IMG/VR virus record: IMGVR_UViG_3300034735_000012
Length of the DNA: 64,000 nucleotides
Direction: 5' to 3' (one strand)
Origin: an uncultured virus (IMG/VR IMGVR_UViG_3300034735_000012)
Lineage: Duplodnaviria; Heunggongvirae; Uroviricota; Caudoviricetes
Shown: piece by piece, positions 48,707-58,341 of the stretch
Position numbering within the stretch: the first letter of the stretch is position 1
How the letters are laid out: each line of letters begins with the position of its first letter
The notes under the pieces: model-generated
Database searches by the model: none
What the model was told of the DNA's origin: nothing
The model's input: the letters and a program-made list of their open reading frames with translations, nothing else
Made by a program: the position numbers and the translations under genes

Positions 48707-49147
48707 ATGACTATTCAAAAAACTATAATAACTGTAACTGAATTCAAAAAAATGTTGTCTAGTGATTTTTTTACAACACTATGTAAACAGCATAAAAAAA
48801 ATAATTTTGAATTAGTATTTACAGGTAAATCTGATAAAGATTTATCATTATCGTTTTCTGCATCTTTTAGTTTTTTAAACAAACAAAAAATGCTTGAATA
48901 CAAAAACCATGCTTACTACATTAAATACTTAGATTTGAAAAATGGAGGTATTTATAATTTAGAGTTAAGTAATTTTAACGGAAACTTTTTTGGTTTATTT
49001 GATGTTGTTCCAGATAGTTCAGTTGATCTTGAGTTTGATGCTGTGTTATCGATACCTGCGATAGCTTCCCTTATTCAAGCAAGCGAGTTCTTTAAAAGTA
49101 TTTTCTGCAAGTCTTTAGAAGCCTGCAATCCAGAATATTTAGTTTAA
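48707..49147 (+). CDS. Hypothetical protein (146 aa)
   Basis: AAGGAG RBS; bracketed by 37-bp direct repeats. Confidence 0.7.
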   Translation: MTIQKTIITVTEFKKMLSSDFFTTLCKQHKKNNFELVFTGKSDKDLSLSFSASFSFLNKQKMLEYKNHAYYIKYLDLKNGGIYNLELSNFNGNFFGLFDVVPDSSVDLEFDAVLSIPAIASLIQASEFFKSIFCKSLEACNPEYLV

Positions 49148-49186
49148 TCAACAGCGGTACATAGTACCGCACAACAAGGAAATATT

Positions 49187-49510
49187 ATGAAAAATTACGA
49201 ACTATCTGATTTAGAAAAAATGATACAAAATGCTGACGAACATTATCAGTATAATTTATCAGAAATAAAGAGCTGCATTGATGATGAAGTTTATTCTGAT
49301 GAAGTATTATATGAAACTTTAATCGCTGTAAATGTTTATACTGGCAAGACCAAGTCAAAAAAGAAATTGGTGTCTTACGCTTTATCCGAGTATATGCGTC
49401 AACTATGCGAGTGTGCAATGTCTCAATGTGATGCTGAACACGAAGATTTATGCAAGAAACAAGGCATTGTCGAGAGTGTTCACGGCAAATATATGGAACA
49501 ATCTGTTTAA
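49187..49510 (+). CDS. Hypothetical protein (107 aa)
   Basis: AAGGA RBS within the linker repeat. Confidence 0.7.
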   Translation: MKNYELSDLEKMIQNADEHYQYNLSEIKSCIDDEVYSDEVLYETLIAVNVYTGKTKSKKKLVSYALSEYMRQLCECAMSQCDAEHEDLCKKQGIVESVHGKYMEQSV

Positions 49511-49596
49511 CATTATTCAGGAGATTGAACACTAGAGATATCTACGAAAAATTATCAAAAGTTAAGCGGTATTTAGTACCGCAAAAGGAGTAAAAA

Positions 49597-49926
49597 ATGC
49601 AAAACATGATAGCAGAAGTATACGCACATAATACAAATCAACTTTGGTATATGTCGGATAATGAGTTTAACAACTTGAAACCTATAGCTACTTCAAAAAT
49701 TGAATCTGTTTTAAGAGAGTATAATTTAGAAGATAAGGGAGATTTTGCACGGCATTTTTATATATTGGCACTATTAGAAAATGGTTTGTATGTAACTGGT
49801 TATTGTATGAATAGCTATCCATATTCAGATGATGATAATAAAGAGCCGAGCAATATACAAAATATAACAGAGGGTAAACTTTTTTCTTCTGAAGAAGAAG
49901 CAAGACGAGATTTAGAAGCAAGGTAA
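49597..49926 (+). CDS. Hypothetical protein (109 aa)
   Basis: AAGGAG RBS after the third palindrome. Confidence 0.7.
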   Translation: MQNMIAEVYAHNTNQLWYMSDNEFNNLKPIATSKIESVLREYNLEDKGDFARHFYILALLENGLYVTGYCMNSYPYSDDDNKEPSNIQNITEGKLFSSEEEARRDLEAR

Positions 49927-49937
49927 GGAGACAAATT

Positions 49938-50330
49938 TTGGAAAGTTTATTTAAAAAAATGGAATATATGATTGAAGATGGCTTTGAAATTAATTCAGAT
50001 GAGATTATCGAGGTTATTAGAGATATTAAACCAGACGATTTATTTTATGGAAAAGAAAATAAAGTTTTAGAACATATAGGAGTTTTACAGTTTCATTTGA
50101 AAGATGAAAAATTGTGTGATACTGAAAATCATGTATTAGTAAGCCATGCTATAGACCTTATTGATGATGATTGTGTGGATTCCCTTGAGTCATTACTTAG
50201 GATGATGCAAGACGAGTATTTGAGATTACTAATTGTTTTGGTAATAGATAAAATTGATTCTATAAAATTTGCTGTAGATCAGGCTAGTGAAACTTTAGTT
50301 AATCAACATTTACCATCAAATAGAGGGTAA
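49938..50330 (+). CDS. Acidic hypothetical protein (130 aa)
   Basis: TAAGGAG RBS, TTG start. Confidence 0.65.
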   Translation: MESLFKKMEYMIEDGFEINSDEIIEVIRDIKPDDLFYGKENKVLEHIGVLQFHLKDEKLCDTENHVLVSHAIDLIDDDCVDSLESLLRMMQDEYLRLLIVLVIDKIDSIKFAVDQASETLVNQHLPSNRG

Positions 50331-50370
50331 AACATCTGACAACCGTTAGCATTAATATTAAGGAGCTATC

Positions 50371-50592
50371 ATGTTTTTCGACAAAATAAAAAAATTTAGG
50401 TTGTCTAGCGATGTATCTGATTCAGGCAGTTATCGTGTTATGAAACTGGTGGCTAAACAAACTAATAAATCTACATATAACGGCAAACCTTGTAAATTGT
50501 GTAGTGCAACTAGGCGTTATGTAATTAACAATAATTGCACTGCCTGCGTATCAAGAAAGCAGAGGCTGAAAAGATGCAAACTGAATACTTAA
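50371..50592 (+). CDS. Small Zn-finger-like protein (73 aa)
   Basis: YNGKPCKLC...RYVINNNCTAC four-Cys motif; TAAGGAG RBS. Confidence 0.7.
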   Translation: MFFDKIKKFRLSSDVSDSGSYRVMKLVAKQTNKSTYNGKPCKLCSATRRYVINNNCTACVSRKQRLKRCKLNT

Positions 50593-50783
50593 CAGCAAAA
50601 CAGTTAGCCACGAGGTGGAATGTTTCTGAAAAAACATTACAACACTGGCGGAGGTTAGGGCTTGGTTGCAGATTTAAAATCAAATCAGGCATAGCTTTAT
50701 ATAATCTGATAGATGTTGAGCAGTATGAAAATGCAAATTGGTACGTGAAAGCTAGCGTAAATCCTATAGAGAAAAAAAGGTGA
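50574..50783 (+). CDS. Excisionase/MerR-type HTH protein
   Basis: YLTAKQLATRWNVSEKTLQHWR..G.G.....Y...DVEQYE. Confidence 0.85.
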   Translation: MQTEYLTAKQLATRWNVSEKTLQHWRRLGLGCRFKIKSGIALYNLIDVEQYENANWYVKASVNPIEKKR

Positions 50784-50797
50784 AATGGAGGAAGAAA

Positions 50798-51025
50798 ATG
50801 GATAGTCGATTGTCAATCGAGGAACTAGCAAAACGGTGGCGTTGCACTGTTGGTACATTATACTTGTGGCGGCATCGTAAGCTAGGTGTAAAGCATCATA
50901 AAGAGGGTCGTAAGTTATTTTATGATCTAGCTGATGTTGAGGAATATGAACGTAAAAACTGGAGCGTTAGAGCTACCCCATTAGAATATAACATTGCAGT
51001 GAACTGCAAAGGGAGTGAAAAGTGA
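50798..51025 (+). CDS. Second excisionase-type HTH protein (tandem paralog)
   Basis: LSIEELAKRWRCTVGTLYLWR..LG....GRKLFYDLADVEEYE; GGAGG RBS. Confidence 0.85.
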   Translation: MDSRLSIEELAKRWRCTVGTLYLWRHRKLGVKHHKEGRKLFYDLADVEEYERKNWSVRATPLEYNIAVNCKGSEK

Positions 51026-51336
51026 AATTTGAATTGACACCACTACAGATAGGTAGATTTGAATCTGTTAAAGAATATGTTGCTAATTATAACGTACATA
51101 TTAGTGATTTAGCAAGCAATTTTAACAAATGTAGGACTATGCCTGAATCAGAATTTTATGAATCTGAAATCTACAAGGAAGCAATGGCAAATGCAAGGGC
51201 AATCGTTTTACGCACCCTTAAAGAGCCTTTCTTGTTTGATATAACTTGCATCGATACTTTAAAATCACGCTATAGAAATAAGTTAGCACATGAGTTCTCT
51301 TGCCAGTGCATTAATTTGTTATTTGCTATTAATTAA
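51022..51336 (+). CDS. Hypothetical protein (104 aa)
   Basis: GGAG RBS; GTGA overlap with the upstream gene. Confidence 0.65.
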   Translation: MKFELTPLQIGRFESVKEYVANYNVHISDLASNFNKCRTMPESEFYESEIYKEAMANARAIVLRTLKEPFLFDITCIDTLKSRYRNKLAHEFSCQCINLLFAIN

Positions 51337-51349
51337 AAGGAATTGAAAA

Positions 51350-51640
51350 ATGAATACGGAATATTTATTAGCCGAGTTAGACGATATAGACGAGTTTAGT
51401 TATCGTGATAGCAGAGTTATAGGACATATTAAAAGTTTTGTGAATGTTTTGTCAAACCATATTGTTTATATTGCAGACTATTCTAGTTATGCTAAAGAAA
51501 ACACGTACCAAGACATAGTAAATGGAAACATTACAAATTCTATTGATGTTGGGCGTATATATCAGCAATACTATTTAGACGCATTAATATCTGCATTAAG
51601 AGACAAAATTGATATTATAGCAAAAGAGTTAGTTGTTTGA
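51350..51640 (+). CDS. Hypothetical protein (96 aa)
   Basis: AAGGAA RBS. Confidence 0.65.
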   Translation: MNTEYLLAELDDIDEFSYRDSRVIGHIKSFVNVLSNHIVYIADYSSYAKENTYQDIVNGNITNSIDVGRIYQQYYLDALISALRDKIDIIAKELVV

Positions 51641-52222
51641 TTGCAATTAGCCCGAATATTGAAATTTAAGCAAAAAAGGCTTATGAAAAAAATGTTTGAA
51701 GATATTGGCGTGGATATAGAAAGCAATAGGCTTTTAGATAGTACAGAACATCTGAACCGTGATTACAGCTATTCAAGTGCGAATCACAGAGGATACAAAA
51801 CTATCAATATTGAAGCAAAACAGGCTGTAAAAGCAGAAAAGGGTACTTTTGATGATATAGATATAGGCATACATTTTGCTATATTTGATCGTGCAAATGT
51901 TTCTGATGATAGATTAATCACTGCTATGCTAGCATTGCATAATATAGCTGTCCGTGATGTTGTTGATCGTTTTCAACATGATTATGCGTATGAAGAAGCT
52001 GATGATATTTTTGCTGAAATTAAAAGCGAGTTAGAGAAGTCTGGCTATATAATTTCTGATTTTCAATCTTCTATAATACGAGAAATAGAAGATCGATCAG
52101 ACATGAAGATTGAATTTAACATTAAAAAAGATGACCGTGTTTTTTTCTTCGTATCTATTAAAGGATTTTCATACGAGAGTTTTTTAATATTGTTTAAAAG
52201 TGTTTTGCTCAGTTTGATATAA
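51641..52222 (+). CDS. Hypothetical protein (~180-190 aa; start uncertain)
   Basis: Long ORF in the operon. Confidence 0.6.
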   Translation: MQLARILKFKQKRLMKKMFEDIGVDIESNRLLDSTEHLNRDYSYSSANHRGYKTINIEAKQAVKAEKGTFDDIDIGIHFAIFDRANVSDDRLITAMLALHNIAVRDVVDRFQHDYAYEEADDIFAEIKSELEKSGYIISDFQSSIIREIEDRSDMKIEFNIKKDDRVFFFVSIKGFSYESFLILFKSVLLSLI

Positions 52223-52300
52223 GGAGAAAAACTGAAAAAAATTCCTTATTCCCTTGATTCCCATGTGCGTGGGGATCAATCATTAATTGGAGTATAAATT

Positions 52301-53446
52301 ATGGCTCACAGAGCAAAATTGTATACATATACAGAGATTTTACATCATTTGAAAACAGCAAAATCGTCTAGTCAAACTATATGTATATCAGTAGCTGAAA
52401 ACCTATCTATTATATTTAGTACATCTGCCAATAATACTAGATATACAGTTGCAGGAATTCACATTAGCAATGAAAACAAGCAAAAACGATTTAGAGTTGT
52501 TACGCAAGAGTTGATTAGTCAACTAACTAGGAAACAATTTTATTGTTTGTTAACAGCTGTAAGGTTTGCTCAAGAAGATTTTGAAACACTACTGGATAAG
52601 TTGTATAAAATATATGATTATCAGTCTGACAAATTAGTTAAGCAGTGCATAAAAGATTATAATAAAGCAAATAAAACTCAAGATGAATTTGAGGAAATAG
52701 AATTTATTAAGCATTGTTTAGCTAAAAAGCTCAACGTACGTAGCTTGCAGGAGAGTCTAGCTAAAATATATAAAACAGAAATAACATCTAAAAACCATTA
52801 TGATAGGCAAGATCAATTAACAGTATTATTAGATTTTTGCATAGAACATGATTTAAAAGCTAAAAAGATCAAATACGGGGTGTTTTTCAACAGCGGATAT
52901 TATCTAGCAGTAAACTACACGTATAGTCAAAAAACTAAAGACAAGCATGAGTTTTTGCATAGCTATAAAAGGCTAAATAATTTTATTAAAAGCAACCACA
53001 AATTCCACTATGTATCTGAGCATCTATCACAAAAAACATTGTTAGCAATGAAATTGAATATATTGATAGGTGTTGCCCCCATTCACTCTTTATTAGACAC
53101 AAAAATTGAAGATATTTGTGATGACTATATATCTGTTGGTGGCAAAAAATATACATTAAGCGAAGAAGCTAAAGATGTTATTAAACAGCTGGCAGGCAGA
53201 AAATATTTATTAGAAAAGGAGGACGGAAGTAGAGTTAAAGGAGCAACTGTTTTTACTGTTATTATTGCGGAACTAGATTTAGAGCATCATTCTCTAAGAG
53301 CAATTATATTCTATATGTTGGAGGCAATTTCAGATAGCTATACAGCTAGGAAAATTCAATATAGAGACCGAAGATATAGAGAGAAAAATACTAGCAAATC
53401 TATAAAAGAAGTGCTGGATTTATTTGCTAAAAAATTAGCATTTTAA
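52301..53446 (+). CDS. Degenerate integrase-like protein (381 aa)
   Basis: Integrase-like size and layout: LAMKLNILIG, kiEDI, LSEEAKDVIK, YL, HHSLR. The first catalytic Arg and the second His/Trp are not recognisable. Confidence 0.55.
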   Translation: MAHRAKLYTYTEILHHLKTAKSSSQTICISVAENLSIIFSTSANNTRYTVAGIHISNENKQKRFRVVTQELISQLTRKQFYCLLTAVRFAQEDFETLLDKLYKIYDYQSDKLVKQCIKDYNKANKTQDEFEEIEFIKHCLAKKLNVRSLQESLAKIYKTEITSKNHYDRQDQLTVLLDFCIEHDLKAKKIKYGVFFNSGYYLAVNYTYSQKTKDKHEFLHSYKRLNNFIKSNHKFHYVSEHLSQKTLLAMKLNILIGVAPIHSLLDTKIEDICDDYISVGGKKYTLSEEAKDVIKQLAGRKYLLEKEDGSRVKGATVFTVIIAELDLEHHSLRAIIFYMLEAISDSYTARKIQYRDRRYREKNTSKSIKEVLDLFAKKLAF

Positions 53447-53484
53447 TAATTAAATTTAACTTAAATTAACTTAATGGATACAAT

Positions 53485-54450
53485 ATGTTTTTATCAGAAA
53501 TTGAAAAATTACTAGGAAATGATGGTTTTAGATATTTAGATATGGAAGCAGAATTTAATAAAAATGAATGTCTTTTTTATATTTATTTGATTGCGGAGAA
53601 TATTAAGCAACCAGAGATAAGATTTAAAGTTTCTTATACTACAAATTCTTTATATGAAAAAGACGTTAGCGACGTTGACGTTAAGAGAAAAAAATATCTG
53701 TTTAGCGTTGGTGGTGTATGGTTTTTTGGTGTTTTTAGAAAACTCTATATTGAGAATGTAGATATCATAGATGATGTTTCTAGCAAGGACTCTTTAGGCA
53801 GAAATAAAGATTTCCTTATTAGGAATTTAATATCTGACATTATCGTAAAAAAATATGATATGTCTGAGAAGTCGATAAAAGATTTGTTTTTATCCAGACC
53901 TGATTTTGAAAAAGAACTTAAATTTATCGCACATAAAAGTTATTACAAAAAGGGTTCAGAATTTAAAGGGGCATCTAAAAAACAAATTGAATACGGCTCA
54001 AGCATGAAATCTAAAAAATTAATTTTGTTTGATAGATTAATGAGTGATTTAGATGTTTACAAAGATGAACGATTGAAAGAGTACGAAGTGGATCTTGATA
54101 TCGACGATATCTATTATCGCTATAATGAGACAAAAGAGTACATTAATATAGCATATGAAAAAATAAAATCTGCAAAAGAAATGATCCTTGGGAATTTAGA
54201 AGCAAAGTTTTGGATTGAGTTAAAAGTTTTTGACTTGTTTGCTATTGATAAAAAGTATCGTAATAGAGAAAAAGATGTTAGTAATTTACCAGAATTTAAT
54301 AGGGGCTATCGTACGTTAGTAATGAATGAAAGATATGGTCATAAACTAGACCGTAAGGCTGTATTTGAGAATGTATTTGATTGTGCTAGCGAATGGAATT
54401 TGACTGACGTAGAAGCATTGAAAAATATGTTTTCTGGTAAAAAAGATTAA
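53485..54450 (+). CDS. Hypothetical protein (321 aa)
   Basis: KGASKKQIEYG...AKFWIE resembles the GSEKQIxWA...AxxWID motif of uncharacterised phage/plasmid proteins. Confidence 0.65.
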   Translation: MFLSEIEKLLGNDGFRYLDMEAEFNKNECLFYIYLIAENIKQPEIRFKVSYTTNSLYEKDVSDVDVKRKKYLFSVGGVWFFGVFRKLYIENVDIIDDVSSKDSLGRNKDFLIRNLISDIIVKKYDMSEKSIKDLFLSRPDFEKELKFIAHKSYYKKGSEFKGASKKQIEYGSSMKSKKLILFDRLMSDLDVYKDERLKEYEVDLDIDDIYYRYNETKEYINIAYEKIKSAKEMILGNLEAKFWIELKVFDLFAIDKKYRNREKDVSNLPEFNRGYRTLVMNERYGHKLDRKAVFENVFDCASEWNLTDVEALKNMFSGKKD

Positions 54451-54468
54451 AATAATTTTTAATTACTT

Positions 54469-54489
54469 GCCTAGTTTTCTAGGCTTTTT
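54469..54489 (+). terminator. Intrinsic terminator closing the plus-strand block
   Basis: gcctag-tttt-ctaggc followed by T5. Confidence 0.6.
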
Positions 54490-54616
54490 GTAGGAGTTAA
54501 TATGTATATGAAAAATTCATCTTGTCTTTTGATAATGTTAATCAGAATATTGCACTGGCTACACTGTTACGCATGGTTAGCAAAAAGTGCCGTAAAACCC
54601 GTTAATTTATTCTGTT

Positions 54617-54743
54617 CACTGGGAATTTTTTTTAATAGATAATATTAGCCTGTACACTGGGAATTTTTTTTAATAGATAATATTAGTCTGTACACTGGTA
54701 GTTTTTTTTAATAGATAATATTAGTCTGTACACTGGTAGTTTT
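54617..54743. repeat. 38-bp tandem repeat (3 units plus partial)
   Basis: cactgg(ga/ta)..T-tract..aatagataatattag(c/t)ctgta starting at 54617, 54655, 54693 and 54731. Confidence 0.95.
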
Positions 54744-54749
54744 CAAGTG

Positions 54750-54789
54750 AGTTTGTGAATGATAAATCGTAAAATATCATTCACAAACT
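54750..54789. other. Perfect 15-bp inverted repeat with a 10-bp spacer
   Basis: AGTTTGTGAATGATA-aatcgtaaaa-TATCATTCACAAACT, at the convergence of two transcription units. Confidence 0.8.
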
Positions 54790-54882
54790 GTTTTACCTAG
54801 TAGTTCACTTTTGAGTTATGTATGTTTAATGCCATCACGGATAAGTCGATATCATCAAATAATTTTTGTGCTTCTGTATGGT

Positions 54883-55260
54883 TCATTTTTTACCTTTTTT
54901 GCATTGTTCTTCCGCTTCATCAAGCGTTAAAGTTTGTAGATTTTTGAAGTGTAAAATGTCAAGCAAATCCATTAGAGTTTTCGGTCTTTTCATATCAATA
55001 GCACCATGTATTTCAGCACATATAGCTGTAAATAGTATATTACCATCTACCGATTTTTTTGAACCTAATGCTAACTCTGATATTTTATACATTAAAGAGG
55101 CATCGTAAGATTGGCTTACAATTTTTATAGCGAACTCAACATCAGTGTATAAAGCCTCCAATAGTGGTTTGATTCCTCTCATAAGTTTGCCGTAAAATAA
55201 TTCTTTAACTTTGTTTAGCTTTTCTGTTTCGTTCATCATTTCTATGTCTATTGTTTCCAT
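54883..55260 (-). CDS. Hypothetical protein
   Basis: AAGGAA RBS before ATG 55260. Confidence 0.65.
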   Translation of the reverse strand: METIDIEMMNETEKLNKVKELFYGKLMRGIKPLLEALYTDVEFAIKIVSQSYDASLMYKISELALGSKKSVDGNILFTAICAEIHGAIDMKRPKTLMDLLDILHFKNLQTLTLDEAEEQCKKGKK

Positions 55261-55291
55261 AAAGTTCCTTTTTGAAATATCTTCACTACTG

Positions 55292-56287
55292 TTACTTTTC
55301 TTTTGGCAACATATTAGGAGTTTTTTCAATTAGTTCTGGATATTTTTTATACATCTTAGAAAAATGCTCTTTTAGCTTAGATTTACTATATGAATAGCAT
55401 TTCCAAACAGTATACTTTTGCTCAAGTATATTTTTTCTTTCAAAAAATGATAGTATTCCTCTAAAGATTTCTCTGGTTTCATCATCACAGCAATCTGAAC
55501 CATAAAACATATTTATAGAAAGAAATATAAAAAAATCTCTTGATTCAGAAGTTTGAAATCCTATTTTATTTTCTTTCATGTAGTTAATAATAGCTAACAT
55601 TTCAGGCAGTACTTTTCTATGCCATTTTCTTACTGATTCTGGTAAAGTATTGCGAACATTAATGTATTCAGCAGGGTATCGCCTCCTGTTTTCCTCCTCT
55701 TTTTCTCTGTACATGCGATCATCTTCTTCAAATTGATCTTCGTAAGGTACTCTCTCTGAGTACCTTATTTTTGATAGATTAAAGTAATCTTTTATGCAGT
55801 TTTCTTTTCTTTCATTGAATTCAATTTGCCCTTTCTCTTTTCTAACTGTAAGTAGATTTGCGTGTGAGAAAAATGTTGGATTAAGAATAAATCCGTTGGC
55901 AGGAAACCTATCCTTTGATGTTATAGAAGAAATAAAATAACCTCTAATATAATCTAGTTTCTCTAGCTTTTCTATTATTTCAAACGCTCTCTTTAAAGTG
56001 TATTTTTCTTCAAAATTGGCTATTTTTTCAGGCGTTATAGTTGCTTTTTTGAAGCTACTAGTAGAAGTTCTAAAATGTCCGTATTTTATACCAAGAGTCC
56101 TCTTTTGCATATCTAATAAAAAATAAAACTCCTCTTTTGATAAATCGTTTATTTTCTCTAGGTTTTTTTGTGTTTTATAGAATGTTTCTACAAAAACTTT
56201 TTTCAGTTTGTAATGTTTAATTAACGGTGTTGGGTTTAATTGCAAAATTTTACATGCCATATATATATCTCTGAATATCTTGTTCAA
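55292..56287 (-). CDS. Hypothetical protein (331 aa) downstream of the RepL-like gene
   Basis: Long ORF; possible wHTH (RAFEIIEKLEKLDYI...FILNP). Confidence 0.65.
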   Translation of the reverse strand: MNKIFRDIYMACKILQLNPTPLIKHYKLKKVFVETFYKTQKNLEKINDLSKEEFYFLLDMQKRTLGIKYGHFRTSTSSFKKATITPEKIANFEEKYTLKRAFEIIEKLEKLDYIRGYFISSITSKDRFPANGFILNPTFFSHANLLTVRKEKGQIEFNERKENCIKDYFNLSKIRYSERVPYEDQFEEDDRMYREKEEENRRRYPAEYINVRNTLPESVRKWHRKVLPEMLAIINYMKENKIGFQTSESRDFFIFLSINMFYGSDCCDDETREIFRGILSFFERKNILEQKYTVWKCYSYSKSKLKEHFSKMYKKYPELIEKTPNMLPKEK

Positions 56288-56319
56288 CTAGCAAGCTAGC
56301 AGTACTAGCTAGCTTATTT

Positions 56320-56868
56320 TCAAGTTCCTGTTTTGGAATTTGGTGCTAAAGTTTTTTCATTTTCAACCGCTCTCAAGACCCGTGCTTTTCTCTTTTTTTC
56401 AGTTTTTTCAGTTTTAATATCTAAAGAAAAGTTAGGTTCTTTTTTAGGTCTGTGTTCTATTTTAATAGTTAATGATTTAAATGTATCATTTTTAGTCCGT
56501 ATATCATACAATGTGCCTACGTTGAAATATTTTGGATTAACCATGTAAGTGTTCCTGCTTACATTCACTATTAATCCCGCTTTTCTTAGATCACAAAGGC
56601 GAGCTGCTAGCGAACCTAATGAGTCGTAACCAACATCTTCCATCAACCGTTTTCTCAACGCTGAATTCAAATAGATCATATTGTGTTTATCTATTCGTGT
56701 TGCTAATTGCTGAAACAATACAATTTCTTTTGGGGAAAGGTTTTTGTATGTAGCAATATCGAAGAAAAATGCTTGTACCCAGTTGTTCTCTGGGTCATTT
56801 CTCAAGCCATCTTCTTTTTTACTTATTTTTTTGTCTATAATCTGCTTAACTGTAAGTTTTTTTGTCAT
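56320..56868 (-). CDS. RepL-like winged-helix replication/maintenance protein
   Basis: LSPKEIVLF...NMIYLNSALRKRL...LCDLRKAGLI....NTYMVNPKYF; GAGGTG RBS before ATG 56868; adjacent to iterons. Confidence 0.7.
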   Translation of the reverse strand: MTKKLTVKQIIDKKISKKEDGLRNDPENNWVQAFFFDIATYKNLSPKEIVLFQQLATRIDKHNMIYLNSALRKRLMEDVGYDSLGSLAARLCDLRKAGLIVNVSRNTYMVNPKYFNVGTLYDIRTKNDTFKSLTIKIEHRPKKEPNFSLDIKTEKTEKKRKARVLRAVENEKTLAPNSKTGT

Positions 56869-56989
56869 ATAAGACACCTCAATTGTTACTTGCTTGCCGT
56901 AATGTATAATAATGATTATACAGTTTTTTGTCAACATTAATTACTCTGATTCAGTAATAATAAAATAAATATTAAAAAATATTATCGAA

Positions 56990-57240
56990 TTTCGTAACTG
57001 TTTTCGTAATGATTTTCGTAATGATTTTCGTAATGATTTTCGCAAAAAATCCAAAAAACCTTTTTAACTTTTTGATATCTATCAAAAGCACCGTATTTAT
57101 GCGGTTTACAGACTATAAACAACAAACGACAGTTTATGTCTATAGCTTGAGATCATTACCCACTCCGTAATGATCTTCGCCACATCATTACCCACTCCGT
57201 AATGATCTCCGATAGATCATTACCCACTCCGTAATGATCT
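56990..57240. repeat. Iteron array, putative plasmid-type origin
   Basis: 12-bp direct repeats tttCGTAATGAT at 56990-57043, and three ATCATTAC-ccactcc-GTAATGAT palindromes at a 32-bp period (57150-57240). Confidence 0.9.
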
Positions 57241-57771
57241 TATTTTGTAAAAATCTTCTACACACGGTATAAACAAAGGGCTACAGCCGATTTTTCGCTT
57301 CCCTTGGGCTGTTGATCTGTTCTCTGCTTTTTTCATTACGTTAGTTCTCCGAGATTCGCATTCGGTCATATCACGTTACTAGCCCGCCGAAAATGTATAA
57401 TGGTATTTGAGTCTTTCCCAAAGGGTTGCGAGTAATTTTAAAATCTGCTGGGGCAGATGTTTAAAATGACATACGCATTAAAAACTAAAAGATAGGTATT
57501 TTTTGAAGCTTTATTTCAAATAGCTTTAAAAAATATTTATTGATAGGTAGGTCATAGATATGTTGTTGATATCTAAATTGTTCGTAAGGTTTATAACAGC
57601 CAAGTGATTTTTTCATAAATTTTCCGTAATCTGAAAAACTCCAACAGCTTTAAAACCCTTATAAAATATGCTATTTACTAGTAGTACCATTGTACCTATT
57701 TGGCTATTGGACTAACTAAAATAGGTAGCTACTCTTAGTAAAACAAGCACTAAAAATTACAAGGAATTTTC

Positions 57772-58299
57772 ATGGTAAATGATAAATCAGATAATGAAAA
57801 GCAATATCTGCTTGATATTATTAATAATGTTTCTGTATATTTAAAAAACACTAAATTTAAAAATACAGGATTTAATATGAAATTCATCGACACACTTAGA
57901 CCAGAGACGACAAAATTGCTTGGTCGTTTTGATGTAACTCCTGAATTTTTATTGAATTTAGTTTTGATAATTAGAATGATGGATATCCCAGAAAGTAAAG
58001 TTTGCTTAATACTGTGTTTATTTGATGAATTAACAGATAAAGCTGTTTTATTATTAGATAAAAACGTACGTAAACGGATAATGCGTAAATCAAATTATAC
58101 AAATCAGACAGTAAAAAATAACTTGAAAATGTTTGTTAGAAAGAAATTTATGTTACGAATTGCTAATAATCATTATGAATTCAATCGAGAGTTGTTTGGT
58201 ATAGGTAATTATGATTTTATAAAAAATACTGGTACGTATCGATTAGAGGTTGATATTGAATCTGAAATAGTTTCTATCAACACCAATTTGTCTAGGTAA
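57772..58299 (+). CDS. Second RepL-like wHTH protein, divergent from the first
   Basis: LLLDKNVRKRIM...NQTVKNNLKMFVRKKFMLRIANNHYEFNRELFGIG aligns by eye with the 56320 protein; AAGGAA RBS. Confidence 0.6.
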   Translation: MVNDKSDNEKQYLLDIINNVSVYLKNTKFKNTGFNMKFIDTLRPETTKLLGRFDVTPEFLLNLVLIIRMMDIPESKVCLILCLFDELTDKAVLLLDKNVRKRIMRKSNYTNQTVKNNLKMFVRKKFMLRIANNHYEFNRELFGIGNYDFIKNTGTYRLEVDIESEIVSINTNLSR

Positions 58300-58341
58300 T
58301 TGAATTTGCTAAACAGAAAAAACCCTAAACACGGAGTGTAG

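Larger units (their letters stand above)
48664..49582 (+). repeat. Three intergenic stop-palindrome-RBS linkers (48664-48700, 49144-49180, 49566-49582)
   Basis: ttaatcaacaGCGGTAC-(t/a)ta-GTACCGCacaacaagga; the first two match at 36/37 positions, the third keeps the palindrome core. Confidence 0.9.

Noticed and set aside
54750..54789. Protelomerase telomere site (linear phage-plasmid)
   Set aside because: The inverted repeat has a 10-bp asymmetric spacer rather than a continuous palindrome, and no protelomerase-sized gene was recognised.
54617..57240. 38-bp and 32-bp period repeats as mini-CRISPR arrays
   Set aside because: The 38-bp units have no spacers, the palindromic units are separated by only 5-7 bp, and there is no cas operon. 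The Cas4-like gene sits in a replication module.
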